This document shows, one piece after another, positions 13,701 to 26,300 of a stretch of 36,769 nucleotides of DNA; the stretch's first letter is position 1; the number at the start of each line of letters is the position of its first letter. This DNA comes from Utricularia gibba (taxonomy: Eukaryota > Plantae > Magnoliophyta). Where the stretch lies: positions 1 to 36,769 of the forward strand of contig NEEC01000410.1 of the NCBI GenBank assembly GCA_002189035.1. Reading direction: 5' to 3'. The notes under the pieces are model-generated. The model saw only the letters and a program-made list of their open reading frames with translations. It made no database searches and was not told the DNA's origin. Made by a program: the position numbers and the translations under genes.

Positions 13701-16067
13701 CAATTTCGAGAACATGAAGCACATTATTAAATGCAATCACCACGGAATGCCACGTGAGACACTTTTCGTTGTGGCTTGTTTTTAATATGTCCACAGTTAT
13801 CGGACAAACGTAACTCCAAATTATAATACTTGGAGCTCGAAAAGGGCTTCCCAACAGTGTGCTATGAAGAGCAAGGATCTGCATGTTATGCAAGAGGTGC
13901 TTCGCGGACCAGGATGTGCGACGTAGTCATTTCATTGCGCATCATCATTCGGGGTGCATCCTAAAAATCACACGTGCACGGATTCATTAAAAATAAATAT
14001 TTACGCATATCCAGAGTGTATAACAGTGTTGGATAAGTGATGCCACGAAATTCATGATGTAGCATGTGACTTTTTTCCAACTTGATCGCATAGTAGATGA
14101 ATTCTGACACCATATGTTTTGGCTGTTGATTGATGCATTTAGTTGCTATGATACTTCTGATTCTTGATGCACCATTCCCGTATACCATGTCTCTAGTGGC
14201 TATTTGATTCTTTTGCCTTGTATGTTGTTCGCATCAATTTCGAGAACATGAAGCACATTATTAAATGCAGTCACCACGGAATGCCACGTGAGACACTTTT
14301 CGTTGTGGCTTGTTTTTAATATGTCCACAGTTATCGGACAAACGTAACTCCAAATTATAATACTTGGAGCTCGAATAGGGCTTCCCAACAGTGTGCTATG
14401 AAGAGCAAGGATCTGCATGTTATGCGAGAGGTGCTTCGCGGACCAGGATGTGCGACGTAGTCATTTCATTGCGCATCATCATTCGGGGTGCATCCTAAAA
14501 ATCACACGTGCACGGATTCATTAAAAATAAATATTTACGCATATCCAGATTATATAACAGTGTTGGATAAGTGATGCCACGAAATTCATGATGTAGCATG
14601 TGACTTTTTTCCAACTTGATCGCATAGTAGATGAAGTCTGACACCATATGTTTTGGCTTGATTGATGCATTTAGTTGCTATGATACTTCTGATTCTTGAT
14701 GCACCATTCCCGTATACCATGTCTCTAGTGGCTATTTGATTCTTTTGCCTTGTATGTTGTTCGCATCAATTTCGAGAACATGAAGCACATTATTAAATGC
14801 ATCACCACGGAATGCCACGTGAGACACTTTCGTTGTGGCTTTTTTTAATATGTCCACAGTTATCGGACAAACGTAACTCCAAATTATAATACTTGGAGCT
14901 CGAAAGGGCTTCCCAACAGTGTGCTATGAAGAGCAAGGATCTGCATGTTATGCAAGAGGTGCTTCGCGGACCAGGATGTGCGACGTAGTCATTTCATTGC
15001 GCATCATCATTCGGGGTGCATCCTAAAAATCACACGTGCACGGATTCATTAAAAATAAATATTTACGCATATCCAGATTATATAAATGTTGGATAAGTGA
15101 TGCCACGAAATTCATGATGTAGCATGTGACTTTTTTCAACTTGATCGCATAGTAGATGAAGTCTGACACCATATGTTTTGGCTTTTGATTGATGCATTTA
15201 GTTGCTATGATACTTCTGATTCTTGATGCACCATTCCCGTATACCATGTCTCTAGTGGCTATTTGATTCTTTTGCCTTGTATGTTGTTCGCATCAATTTC
15301 GAGAACATGAAGCACATTATTAAATGCAGTCACCACGGAATGCCACGTGAGACACTTTTCGTTGTGGCTTGTTTTTAATATGTCCACAGTTATCGGACAA
15401 ACGTAACTCCAAATTATAATACTTGGAGCTCGAATAGGGCTTCCCAACAGTGTGCTATGAAGAGCAAGGATCTGCATGTTATGCAAGAGGTGCTTCGCGG
15501 ACCAGGATGTGCGACGTAGTCATTTCATTGCGCATCATCATTCGGGGTGCATCCTAAAAATCACACGTGCACCGGATTCATTAAAAATAAATATTTACGC
15601 ATATCCAGATTATATAACAGTGTTGGGATAAGTGATGCCACGAAATTCATGATGTAGCATGTGACTTTTTTCCAACTTGATCGCATAGTAGATGAAGTCT
15701 GACACCATATGTTTTGGCTTTTGATTGATGCATTTAGTTGCTATGATACTTCTGATTCTTGATGCCACCATTCCCGTATACCATGTCTCTAGTGGCTATT
15801 TGATTCTTTTGCCTTGTATGTTGTTCGCATCAATTTCGAGAACATGAAGCACATTATTAAATGCAGTCACCACGGAATGCCACGTGAGACACTTTTCGTT
15901 GTGGCTTTTTTTAATATGTCCACAGTTATCGGACAAACGTAACTCCAAATTATAATACTTGGAGCTCGAATAGGGCTTCCCAACAGTGTGCTATGAAGAG
16001 CAAGGATCTGCATGTTATGCAAGAGGTGCTTCGCGGACCAGGATGTGCGACGTAGTCATTTCATTGC

Positions 16068-16079
16068 GCATCATCATTC
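16068..16079 (+). promoter_or_regulatory. 5S-type upstream elements: GC at -12/-11 and C at -1 relative to GGGTGC start
   Basis: Sequence GCATCATCATTC|GGGTGC. The positions match the GC(-12/-11) and C(-1) elements described for Arabidopsis 5S genes. No TATA-like motif at -28..-23 (GTAGTC). The motifs are very short, so chance is possible. Confidence 0.3.
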
Positions 16080-16195
16080 GGGTGCATCCTAAAAATCACA
16101 CGTGCACCGGATTCATTAAAAATAAATATTTACGCATATCCAGATTATAACAGTGTTGGGATAAGTGATGCCACGAAATTCATGATGTAGCATGT
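16080..16195 (+). pseudogene. Degenerate 5S rRNA-like segment (best-aligning copy; one per monomer at about monomer position 216-332)
   Basis: Manual alignment to plant 5S rRNA recalled from memory (GGATGCGATCATACCAGCACTAATGCACCGGATCCC...AGTACTAGGATGGGTGACC...GTGTTGCATCC) gives ~67/118 identities with only 4 single-base gaps. It includes exact TGCACCGGAT, AGTGTTGGGATAAGTGA vs AGTACTAGGATGGGTGA (all 5 mismatches are transitions) and TGTAGCAT vs TGTTGCAT. About 29 of 48 mismatches are transitions. Helix II/III pairing is not retained. Confidence 0.7.
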
Positions 16196-16198
16196 GAC

Positions 16199-16204
16199 TT
16201 TTTT
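16199..16204 (+). terminator. T6 run resembling an RNA Pol III terminator, 3 nt downstream of the 5S-like segment (present in every monomer)
   Basis: GCATGT-GAC-TTTTTT-CC. It is the longest consistent T run in the monomer and sits where 5S rDNA units carry their oligo-T terminator. Confidence 0.5.
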
Positions 16205-19200
16205 CCAACTTGATCGCATAGTAGATGAATTCTGACACCATATGTTTTGGCTTTGATTGATGCATTTAGTTGCTATGATACTTCTGATTCTTGATGCACC
16301 ATTCCCGTATACCATGTCTCTAGTGGCTATTTGATTCTTTTGCCTTGTATGTTGTTCGCATCAATTTCGAGAACATGAAGCACATTATTAAATGCAGTCA
16401 CCACGGAATGCCACGTGAGACACTTTTCGTTGTGGCTTTTTTAATATGTCCACAGTTATCGGACAAACGTAACTCCAAATTATAATACTTGAGCTCGAAA
16501 TAGGGCTTCCCAACAGTGTGCTATGAAGAGCAAGGATCTGCATGTTATGCGAGAGGTGCTTCGCGGACCAGGATGTGCGTAGTCATTTCATTGCGCATCA
16601 TCATTCGGGGTGCAGCCTAAAAATCACACGTGCACCGGATTCATTAAAAATAAATATTTACGCATATCCAGATTATATAACAGTGTTGGGATAAGTGATG
16701 CCACGAAATTCATGATGTAGCATGTGACTTTTTTCCAACTTGATCGCATAGTAGATGAAGTCTGACACCATATGTTTTGGCTTTTGATTGATGCATTTAG
16801 TTGCTATGATACTTCTGATTCTTGATGCACCATTCCCGTATACCATGTCTCTAGTGGCTATTTGATTCTTTTGCCTTGTATGTTGTTCGCATCAATTTCG
16901 AGAACATGAAGCACATTATTAAATGCATCACCACGGAATGCCACGTGAGACACTTTTCGTTGTGGCTTGTTTTTAATATGTCCACAGTTATCGGACAAAC
17001 GTAACTCCAAATTATAATACTTGGAGCTCGAAGGGCTTCCCAACTGTGCTATGAAGAGCAAGGATCTGCATGTTATGCGAGAGGTGCTTCGCGGACCAGG
17101 ATGTGCGACATAGTCATTTCATTGCGCATCATCATTCGGGGTGCAGCCTAAAAATCACACGTGCACGGATTCATTAAAAATAAATATTTACGCATATCCA
17201 GATTATATAACAGTGTTGGGATAAGTGATGCCACGAAATTCATGATGTAGCATGTGACTTTTTTCCAACTTGATCGCATAGTAGATGAAGTCTGACACCA
17301 TATGTTTTGGCTTTGATTGATGCATTTAGTTGCTATGATACTTCTGATTCTTGATGCACCATTCCCGTATACCATGTCTCTAGTGGCTATTTGATTCTTT
17401 TGCCTTGTATGTTGTTCGCATCAATTTCGAGAACATGAAGCACATTATTAAATGCAGTCACCACGGAATGCCACGTGAGACACTTTTCGTTGTGGCTTTT
17501 TTTAATATGTCCACAGTTATCGGACAAACGTAACTCCAAATTATAATACTTGGAGCTCGAAAGGGCTTCCCAACAGTGTGCTATGAAGAGCAAGGATCTG
17601 CATGTTATGCGAGAGGTGCTTCGCGGACCAGGATGTGCGACGTAGTCATTTCATTGCGCATCATCATTCGGGGTGCATCCTAAAAATCACACGTGCACGG
17701 ATTCATTAAAAATAAATATTTACGCATATCCAGATTATATAACAGTGTTGGGATAAGTGATGCCACGAAATTCATGATGTAGCATGTGACTTTTTTCCAA
17801 CTTGATCGCATAGTAGATGAAGTCTGACACCATATGTTTTGGCTTTTGATTGATGCATTTAGTTGCTATGATACTTCTGATTCTTGATGCACCATTCCCG
17901 TATACCATGTCTCTAGTGGCTATTTGATTCTTTTTTGTATGTTGTTCGCATCAATTTCGAGAACATGAAGCACATTATTAAATGCAGTCACCACGGAATG
18001 CCACGTGAGACACTTTTCGTTGTGGCTTGTTTTTAATATGTCCACAGTTATCGGACAAACGTAACTCCAAATTATAATACTTGGAGCTCGAAAGGGCTTC
18101 CCAACAGTGTGCTATGAAGAGCAAGGATCTGCATGTTATGCAAGAGGTGCTTCGCGGACCAGGATGTGCGACGTAGTCATTTCATTGCGCATCATCATTC
18201 GGGGTGCATCCTAAAAATCACACGTGCACCGGGATTCATTAAAAATAAATATTTACGCATATCCAGATTATATAACAGTGTTGGGATAAGTGATGCCACG
18301 AAATTCATGATGTAGCATGTGACTTTTTTCCAACTTGATCGCATAGTAGATGAAGTCTGACACCATATGTTTTGGCTTTTGATTGATGCATTTAGTTGCT
18401 ATGATACTTCTGATTCTTGATGCACCATTCCCGTATACCATGTCTCTAGTGGCTATTTGATTCTTTTGCCTTGTATGTTGTTCGCATCAATTTCGAGAAC
18501 ATGAAGCACATTATTAAATGCAGTCACCACGGAATGCCACGTGAGACACTTTTCGTTGTGGCTTTTTTAATATGTCCACAGTTATCGGACAAACGTAACT
18601 CCAAATTATAATACTTGGAGCTCGAATAGGGCTTCCCAACAGTGTGCTATGAAGAGCAAGGATCTGCATGTTATGCGAGAGGTGCTTCGCGGACCAGGAT
18701 GTGCGACGTAGTCATTTCATTGCGCATCATCATTCGGGGTGCAGCCTAAAAATCACACGTGCACCGGATTCATTAAAAATAATATTTACGCATATCCAGA
18801 TTATAACAGTGTTGGGATAAGTGATGCCACGAAATTCATGATGTAGCATGTGACTTTTTTCCAACTTGATCGCATAGTAGATGAAGTCTGACACCATATG
18901 TTTTGGCTTTGATTGATGCATTTAGTTGCTATGATACTTCTGATTCTTGATGCACCATTCCCGTATACCATGTCTCTAGTGGCTATTTGATTCTTTTCCT
19001 TGTATGTTGTTCGCATCAATTTCGAGAACATGAAGCACATTATTAAATGCAGTCACCACGGAATGCCACGTGAGACACTTTTCGTTGTGGCCCTTTTTTA
19101 ATATGTCCACAGTTATCGGACAAACGTAACTCCAAATTATAATACTTGGAGCTCGAATAGGGCTTCCCAACAGTGTGCTATGAAGAGCAAGGATCTGCAT

Positions 19201-22200
19201 GTTATGCGAGAGGTGCTTCGCGGACCAGGATGTGCGACGTAGTCATTTCATTGCGCATCATCATTCGGGTGCATCCTAAAAATCACACGTGCCGGATTCA
19301 TTAAAAATAAATATTTACGCATATCCAGATTATATAACAGTGTTGGGATAAGTGATGCCACGAAATTCATGATGTAGCATGTGACTTTTTTTCCAACTTG
19401 ATCGCATAGTAGATGAAGTCTGACACCATATGTTTTGGCTTTGATTGATGCATTTAGTTGCTATGATACTTCTGATTCTTGATGCACCATTCCCGTATAC
19501 CATGTCTCTAGTGGCTATTTGATTCTTTTGCCTTGTATGTTGTTCGCATCAATTTCGAGAACATGAAGCACATTATTAAATGCAGTCACCACGGAATGCC
19601 ACGTGAGACACTTTTCGTTGTGGCTTGTTTTTAATATGTCCACAGTTATCGGACAAACGTAACTCCAAATTATAATACTTGGAGCTCGAAAGGGCTTCCC
19701 AACAGTGTGCTATGAAGAGCAAGGATCTGCATGTTATGCGAGAGGTGCTTCGCGGACCAGGATGTGCGACGTAGTCATTTCATTGCGCATCATCATTCGG
19801 GGTGCATCCTAAAAATCACACGTGCACGGATTCATTAAAAATAAATATTTACGCATATCCAGATTATATAACAGTGTTGGGATAAGTGATGCCACGAAAT
19901 TCATGATGTAGCATGTGACTTTTTTCCAACTTGATCGCATAGTAGATGAAGTCTGACACCATATGTTTTGGTGTGATTGATGCATTTAGTTGCTATGATA
20001 CTTCTGATTCTTGATGCACCATTCCCGTATACCATGTCTCTAGTGGCTATTTGATTCTTTTGACTTGTATGTTGTTCGCATCAATTTCGAGAACATGAAG
20101 CACATTATTAAATGCATCACCACGGAATGCCACGTGAGACACTTTTCGTTGTGGCTTGTTTTTAATATGTCCACAGTTATCGGACAAACGTAACTCCAAA
20201 TTATAATACTTGGAGCTCGAATAGGGCTTCCCAACAGTGTGCTATGAAGAGCAAGGATCTGCATGTTATGCAAGAGGTGCTTCGCGGACCAGGATGTGCG
20301 ACGTAGTCATTTCATTGCGCATCATCATTCGGGTGCATCCTAAAAATCACACGTGCACGGATTCATTAAAAATAAATATTTACGCATATCCAGATTATAT
20401 AACAGTGTTGGATAAGTGATGCCACGAAATTCATGATGTAGCATGTGACTTTTTTCCAACTTGATCGCATAGTAGATGAAGTCTGACACCATATGTTTTG
20501 GCTTTGATTGATGCATTTAGTTGCTATGATACTTCTGATTCTTGATGCACCATTCCCGTATACCATGTCTCTAGTGGCTATTTGATTCTTTTCCTTGTAT
20601 GTTGTTCGCATCAATTTCGAGAACATGAAGCACATTATTAAATGCAGTCACCACGGAATGCCACGTGAGACACTTTTCGTTGTGGCTTGTTTTTAATATG
20701 TCCACAGTTATCGGACAAACGTAACTCCAAATTATAATACTTGGAGCTCGAAAAGGGCTTCCCAACAGTGTGCTATGAAGAGCAAGGATCTGCATGTTAT
20801 GCAAGAGGTGCTTCGCGGACCAGGATGTGCGACGTAGTCATTTCATTGCGCATCATCATTCGGGTGCATCCTAAAAATCACACGTGCACGGATTCATTAA
20901 AAATAAATATTTACGCATATCCAGATTATATAACAGTGTTGGGATAAGTGATGCCACGAAATTCATATGTAGCATGTGACTTTTTTCCAACTTGATCGCA
21001 TAGTAGATGAAGTCTGACACCATATGTTTTGGCTTTTGATTGATGCATTTAGTTGCTATGATACTTCTGATTCTTGATGCACCATTCCCGTATACCATGT
21101 CTCTAGTGGCTATTTGATTCTTTTGCCTTGTATGTTGTTCGCATCAATTTCGAGAACATGAAGCACATTATTAAATGCAGTCACCACGGAATGCCACGTG
21201 AGACACTTTTCGTTGTGGCTTGTTTTAATATGTCCACAGTTATCGGACAAACGTAACTCCAAATTATAATACTTGGAGCTCGAAAGGGCTTCCCAACAGT
21301 GTGCTATGAAGAGCAAGGATCTGCATGTTATGCAAGAGGTGCTTCGCGGACCAGGATGTGCGACGTAGTCATTTCATTGCGCATCATCATTCGGGGTGCA
21401 TCCTAAAAATCACACGTGCACCGGATTCATTAAAAATAATATTTACGCATATCCAGATTATATACAGTGTTGGGATAAGTGATGCCACGAAATTCATGAT
21501 GTAGCATGTGACTTTTTTCCAACTTGATCGCATAGTAGATGAAGTCTGACACCATATGTTTTGGCTTTTGATTGATGCATTTAGTTGCTATGATACTTCT
21601 GATTCTTGATGCACCATTCCCTATACCATGTCTCTAGGGCTATTTGATTCTTTTGCCTTGTATGTTGTTCGCATCAATTTCGAGAACATGAAGCACATTA
21701 TTAAATGCAGTCACCACGGAATGCCACGTGAGACACTTTTCGTTGTGGCTTTTTTAATATGTCCACAGTTATCGGACAAACGTAACTCCAAATTATAATA
21801 CTTGGAGCTCGAAAGGCTTCCCAACAGTGTGCTATGAAGAGCAAGGATCTGCATGTTATGCAAGAGGTGCTTCGCGGACCAGGATGTGCGACGTAGTCAT
21901 TTCATTGCGCATCATCATTCGGGGTGCATCCTAAAAATCACACGTGCACCGGATTCATTAAAATAAATATTTACGCATATCCAGATGTATAACAGTGTTG
22001 GATAAGTGATGCCACGAAATTCATGATGTAGCATGTGACTTTTTTCCAACTTGATCGCATAGTAGATGAATTCTGACACCATATGTTTTGGCTGTTGATT
22101 GATGCATTTAGTTGCTATGATACTTCTGATTCTTGATGCACCATTCCCGTATACCATGTCTCTAGTGGCTATTTGATTCTTTTGCCTTGTATGTTGTTTC

Positions 22201-23300
22201 CATCAATTTCGAGAACATGAAGCACATTATTAAATGCAGTCACCACGGAATGCCACGTGAGACACTTTTCGTTGTGGCCTTTTTTAATATGTCCACAGTT
22301 ATCGGACAAACGTAACTCCAAATTATAATACTTGGAGCTCGAAAAGGGCTTCCCAACAGTGTGCTATGAAGAGCAAGGATCTGCATGTTATGCGAGAGGT
22401 GCTTCGCGGACCAGGATGTGCGCATAGTCATTTCATTGCGCATCATCATTCGGGTGCATCCTAAAAATCACACGTGCACCGGATTCATTAAAAATAAATA
22501 TTTACGCATATCCAGATATATAACATGTTGGGATAAGTGATGCCACGAAATTCATATGTAGCATGTGACTTTTTTCCAACTTGATCGCATAGTAGATGAA
22601 GTCTGACACCATATGTTTTGGCTGTTGATTGATGCATTTAGTTGCTATGATACTTCTGATTCTTGATGCACCATTCCCGTATACCATGTCTCTAGTGCTA
22701 TTTGATTCTTTTGCCTTGTATGTTGTTCGCATCAATTTCGAGAACATGAAGCACATTATTAAATGCAGTCACCACGGAATGCCACGTGAGACACTTTTCG
22801 TTGTGGCTTGTTTTTAATATGTCCACAGTTATCGGACAAACGTAACTCCAAATTATAATACTTGGAGCTCGAAAGGGCTTCCAACAGTGTGCTATGAAGA
22901 GCAAGGATCTGCATGTTATGCAGAGGTGCTTCGCGGACCAGGATGTGCGACGTAGTCATTTCATTGCGCATCATCATTCGGGGTGCATCCTAAAAATCAC
23001 ACGTGCACGGATTCATTAAAAATAAATATTTACGCATATCCAGATTATATAACAGTGTTGGGATAAGTGATGCCACGAAATTCATGATGTAGCATGTGAC
23101 TTTTTTCCAACTTGATCGCATAGTAGATGAAGTCTGACACCATATGTTTTGGCTTTTGATTGATGCATTTAGTTGCTATGATACTTCTGATTCTTGATGC
23201 ACCATTCCCGTATACCATGTCTCTAGTGGCTATTTGATTCTTTTGCCTTGTATGTTGTTCGCATCAATTTCGAGAACATGAAGCACATTATTAAATGCAG

Positions 23301-26300
23301 TCACCACGGAATGCCGTGAGACACTTTTCGTTGTGGCTTTTTTTAATATGTCCACAGTTATCGGACAAACGTAACTCCAAATTATAATACTTGGAGCTCG
23401 AAAAGGGCTTCCAACAGTGTGCTATGAAGAGCAAGGATCTGCATGTTATGCGAGGTGCTTCGCGGACCAGGATGTGCGACGTAGTCATTTCATTGCGCAT
23501 CATCATTCGGGGTGCATCCTAAAAATCACACGTGCACGGGATTCATTAAAAATAAATATTTACGCATATCCAGATTATAAACAGTGTTGGGATAAGTGAT
23601 GCCACGAAATTCATGATGTAGCATGTGACTTTTTTCCAACTTGATCGCATAGTAGATGAATTCTGACACCATATGTTTTGGCTTTGATTGATGCATTTAG
23701 TTGCTATGATACTTCTGATTCTTGATGCACCATTCCCGTATACCATGTCTCTAGTGGCTATTTGATTCTTTTGCTTGTATGTTGTTCGCATCAATTTCGA
23801 GAACATGAAGCACATTATTAAATGCAGTCACCACGGAATGCCACGTGAGACACTTTTCGTTGTGGCTTTTTTTAATATGTCCACAGTTATCGGACAAACG
23901 TAACTCCAAATTATAATACTTGGAGCTCGAAAAGGGCTTCCCAACAGTGTGCTATGAAGAGCAAGGATCTGCATGTTATGCAAGAGGTGCTTCGCGGACC
24001 AGGATGTGCGACGTAGTCATTTCATTGCGCATCATCATTCGGGGTGCATCCTAAAAATCACACGTGCACGGATTCATTAAAAATAAATATTTACGCATAT
24101 CCAGATTATATAACAGTGTTGGGATAAGTGATGCCACGAAATTCATGATGTAGCATGTGACTTTTTTCCAACTTGATCGCATAGTAGATGAAGTCTGACA
24201 CCATATGTTTTGGCTGTTGATTGATGCATTTAGTTGCTATGATACTTCTGATTCTTGATGCACCATTCCCGTATACCATGTCTCTAGTGGCTATTTGATT
24301 CTTTTGCTTGTATGTTGTTTCGCATCAATTTCGAGAACATGAAGCACATTATTAAATGCAGTCACCACGGAATGCCACGTGAGACACTTTTCGTTGTGGC
24401 TTTTTTAATATGTCCACAGTTATCGGACAAACGTAACTCCAAATTATAATACTTGGAGCTCGAAAAGGGCTTCCCAACAGTGTGCTATGAAGAGCAAGGA
24501 TCTGCATGTTATGCAAGAGGTGCTTCGCGGACCAGGATGTGCGACGTAGTCATTTCATTGCGCATCATCATTCGGGGTGCATCCTAAAAATCACACGTGC
24601 ACGGGATTCATTAAAAATAAATATTTACGCATATCCAGATTATATAACAGTGTTGGGATAAGTGATGCCACGAAATTCATGATGTAGCATGTGACTTTTT
24701 TCCAACTTGATCGCATAGTAGATGAAGTCTGACACCATATGTTTTGGCTTTTGATTGATGCATTTAGTTGCTATGATACTTCTGATTCTTGATGCACCAT
24801 TCCCGTATACCATGTCTCTAGTGGCTATTTGATTCTTTTGCCTTGTATGTTGTTCGCATCAATTTCGAGAACATGAAGCACATTATTAAATGCAGTCACC
24901 ACGGAATGCCACGTGAGACACTTTTCGTTGTGGCTTGTTTTTAATATGTCCACAGTTATCGGACAAACGTAACTCCAAATTATAATACTTGGAGCTCGAA
25001 TAGGGCTTCCCAACAGTGTGCTATGAAGAGCAAGGATCTGCATGTTATGCAAGAGGTGCTTCGCGGACCAGGATGTGCGACGTAGTCATTTCATTGCGCA
25101 TCATCATTCGGGGTGCATCCTAAAAATCACACGTGCACCGGATTCATTAAAAATAAATATTTACGCATATCCAGATTATATAACAGTGTGGGATAAGTGA
25201 TGCCACGAAATTCATGATGTAGCATGTGACTTTTTTCCAACTTGATCGCATAGTAGATGAAGTCTGACACCATATGTTTTGGCTTTGATTGATGCATTTA
25301 GTTGCTATGATACTTCTGATTCTTGATGCACCATTCCCGTATACCATGTCTCTAGTGGCTATTTGATTCTTTTGCTTGTATGTTGTTCGCATCAATTTCG
25401 AGAACATGAAGCACATTATTAAATGCAGTCACCACGGAATGCCACGTGAGACACTTTTCGTTGTGGCTTTTTTAATATGTCCACAGTTATCGGACAAACG
25501 TAACTCCAAATTATAATACTTGGAGCTCGAAGGGCTTCCAACAGTGTGCTATGAAGAGCAAGGATCTGCATGTTATGCAAGAGGTGCTTCGCGGACAGGA
25601 TGTGCGACGTAGTCATTTCATTGCGCATCATCATTCGGGGTGCATCCTAAAAATCACACGTGCACGGGATTCATTAAAAATAAATATTTACGCATATCCA
25701 GATTATATAACAGTGTTGGGATAAGTGATGCCACGAAATTCATGATGTAGCATGTGACTTTTTTCCAACTTGATCGCATAGTAGATGAAGTCTGACACCA
25801 TATGTTTTGGCTTTGATTGATGCATTTAGTTGCTATGATACTTCTGATTCTTGATGCACCATTCCCGTATACCATGTCTCTAGTGGCTATTTGATTCTTT
25901 TGCTTGTATGTTGTTCGCATCAATTTCGAGAACATGAAGCACATTATTAAATGCAGTCACCACGGAATGCCACGTGAGACACTTTTCGTTGTGGCTTGTT
26001 TTTAATATGTCCACAGTTATCGGACAAACGTAACTCCAAATTATAATACTTGGAGCTCGAATAGGGCTTCCCAACAGTGTGCTATGAAGAGCAAGGATCT
26101 GCATGTTATGCAAGAGGTGCTTCGCGGACCAGGATGTGCGACGTAGTCATTTCATTGCGCATCATCATTCGGGGTGCATCCTAAAAATCACACGTGCACG
26201 GATTCATTAAAAATAAATATTTACGCATATCCAGATTATATAACAGTGTTGGGATAAGTGATGCCACGAAATTCATGATGTAGCATGTGACTTTTTTCCA

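Noticed and set aside
16080-16195. Functional 5S rRNA gene array
   Set aside because: Helix III (CCGGA has no UCCG partner) and helix II cannot form, helix I is weak and box C guanines are lost. Called pseudogene-like pending a covariance-model test.
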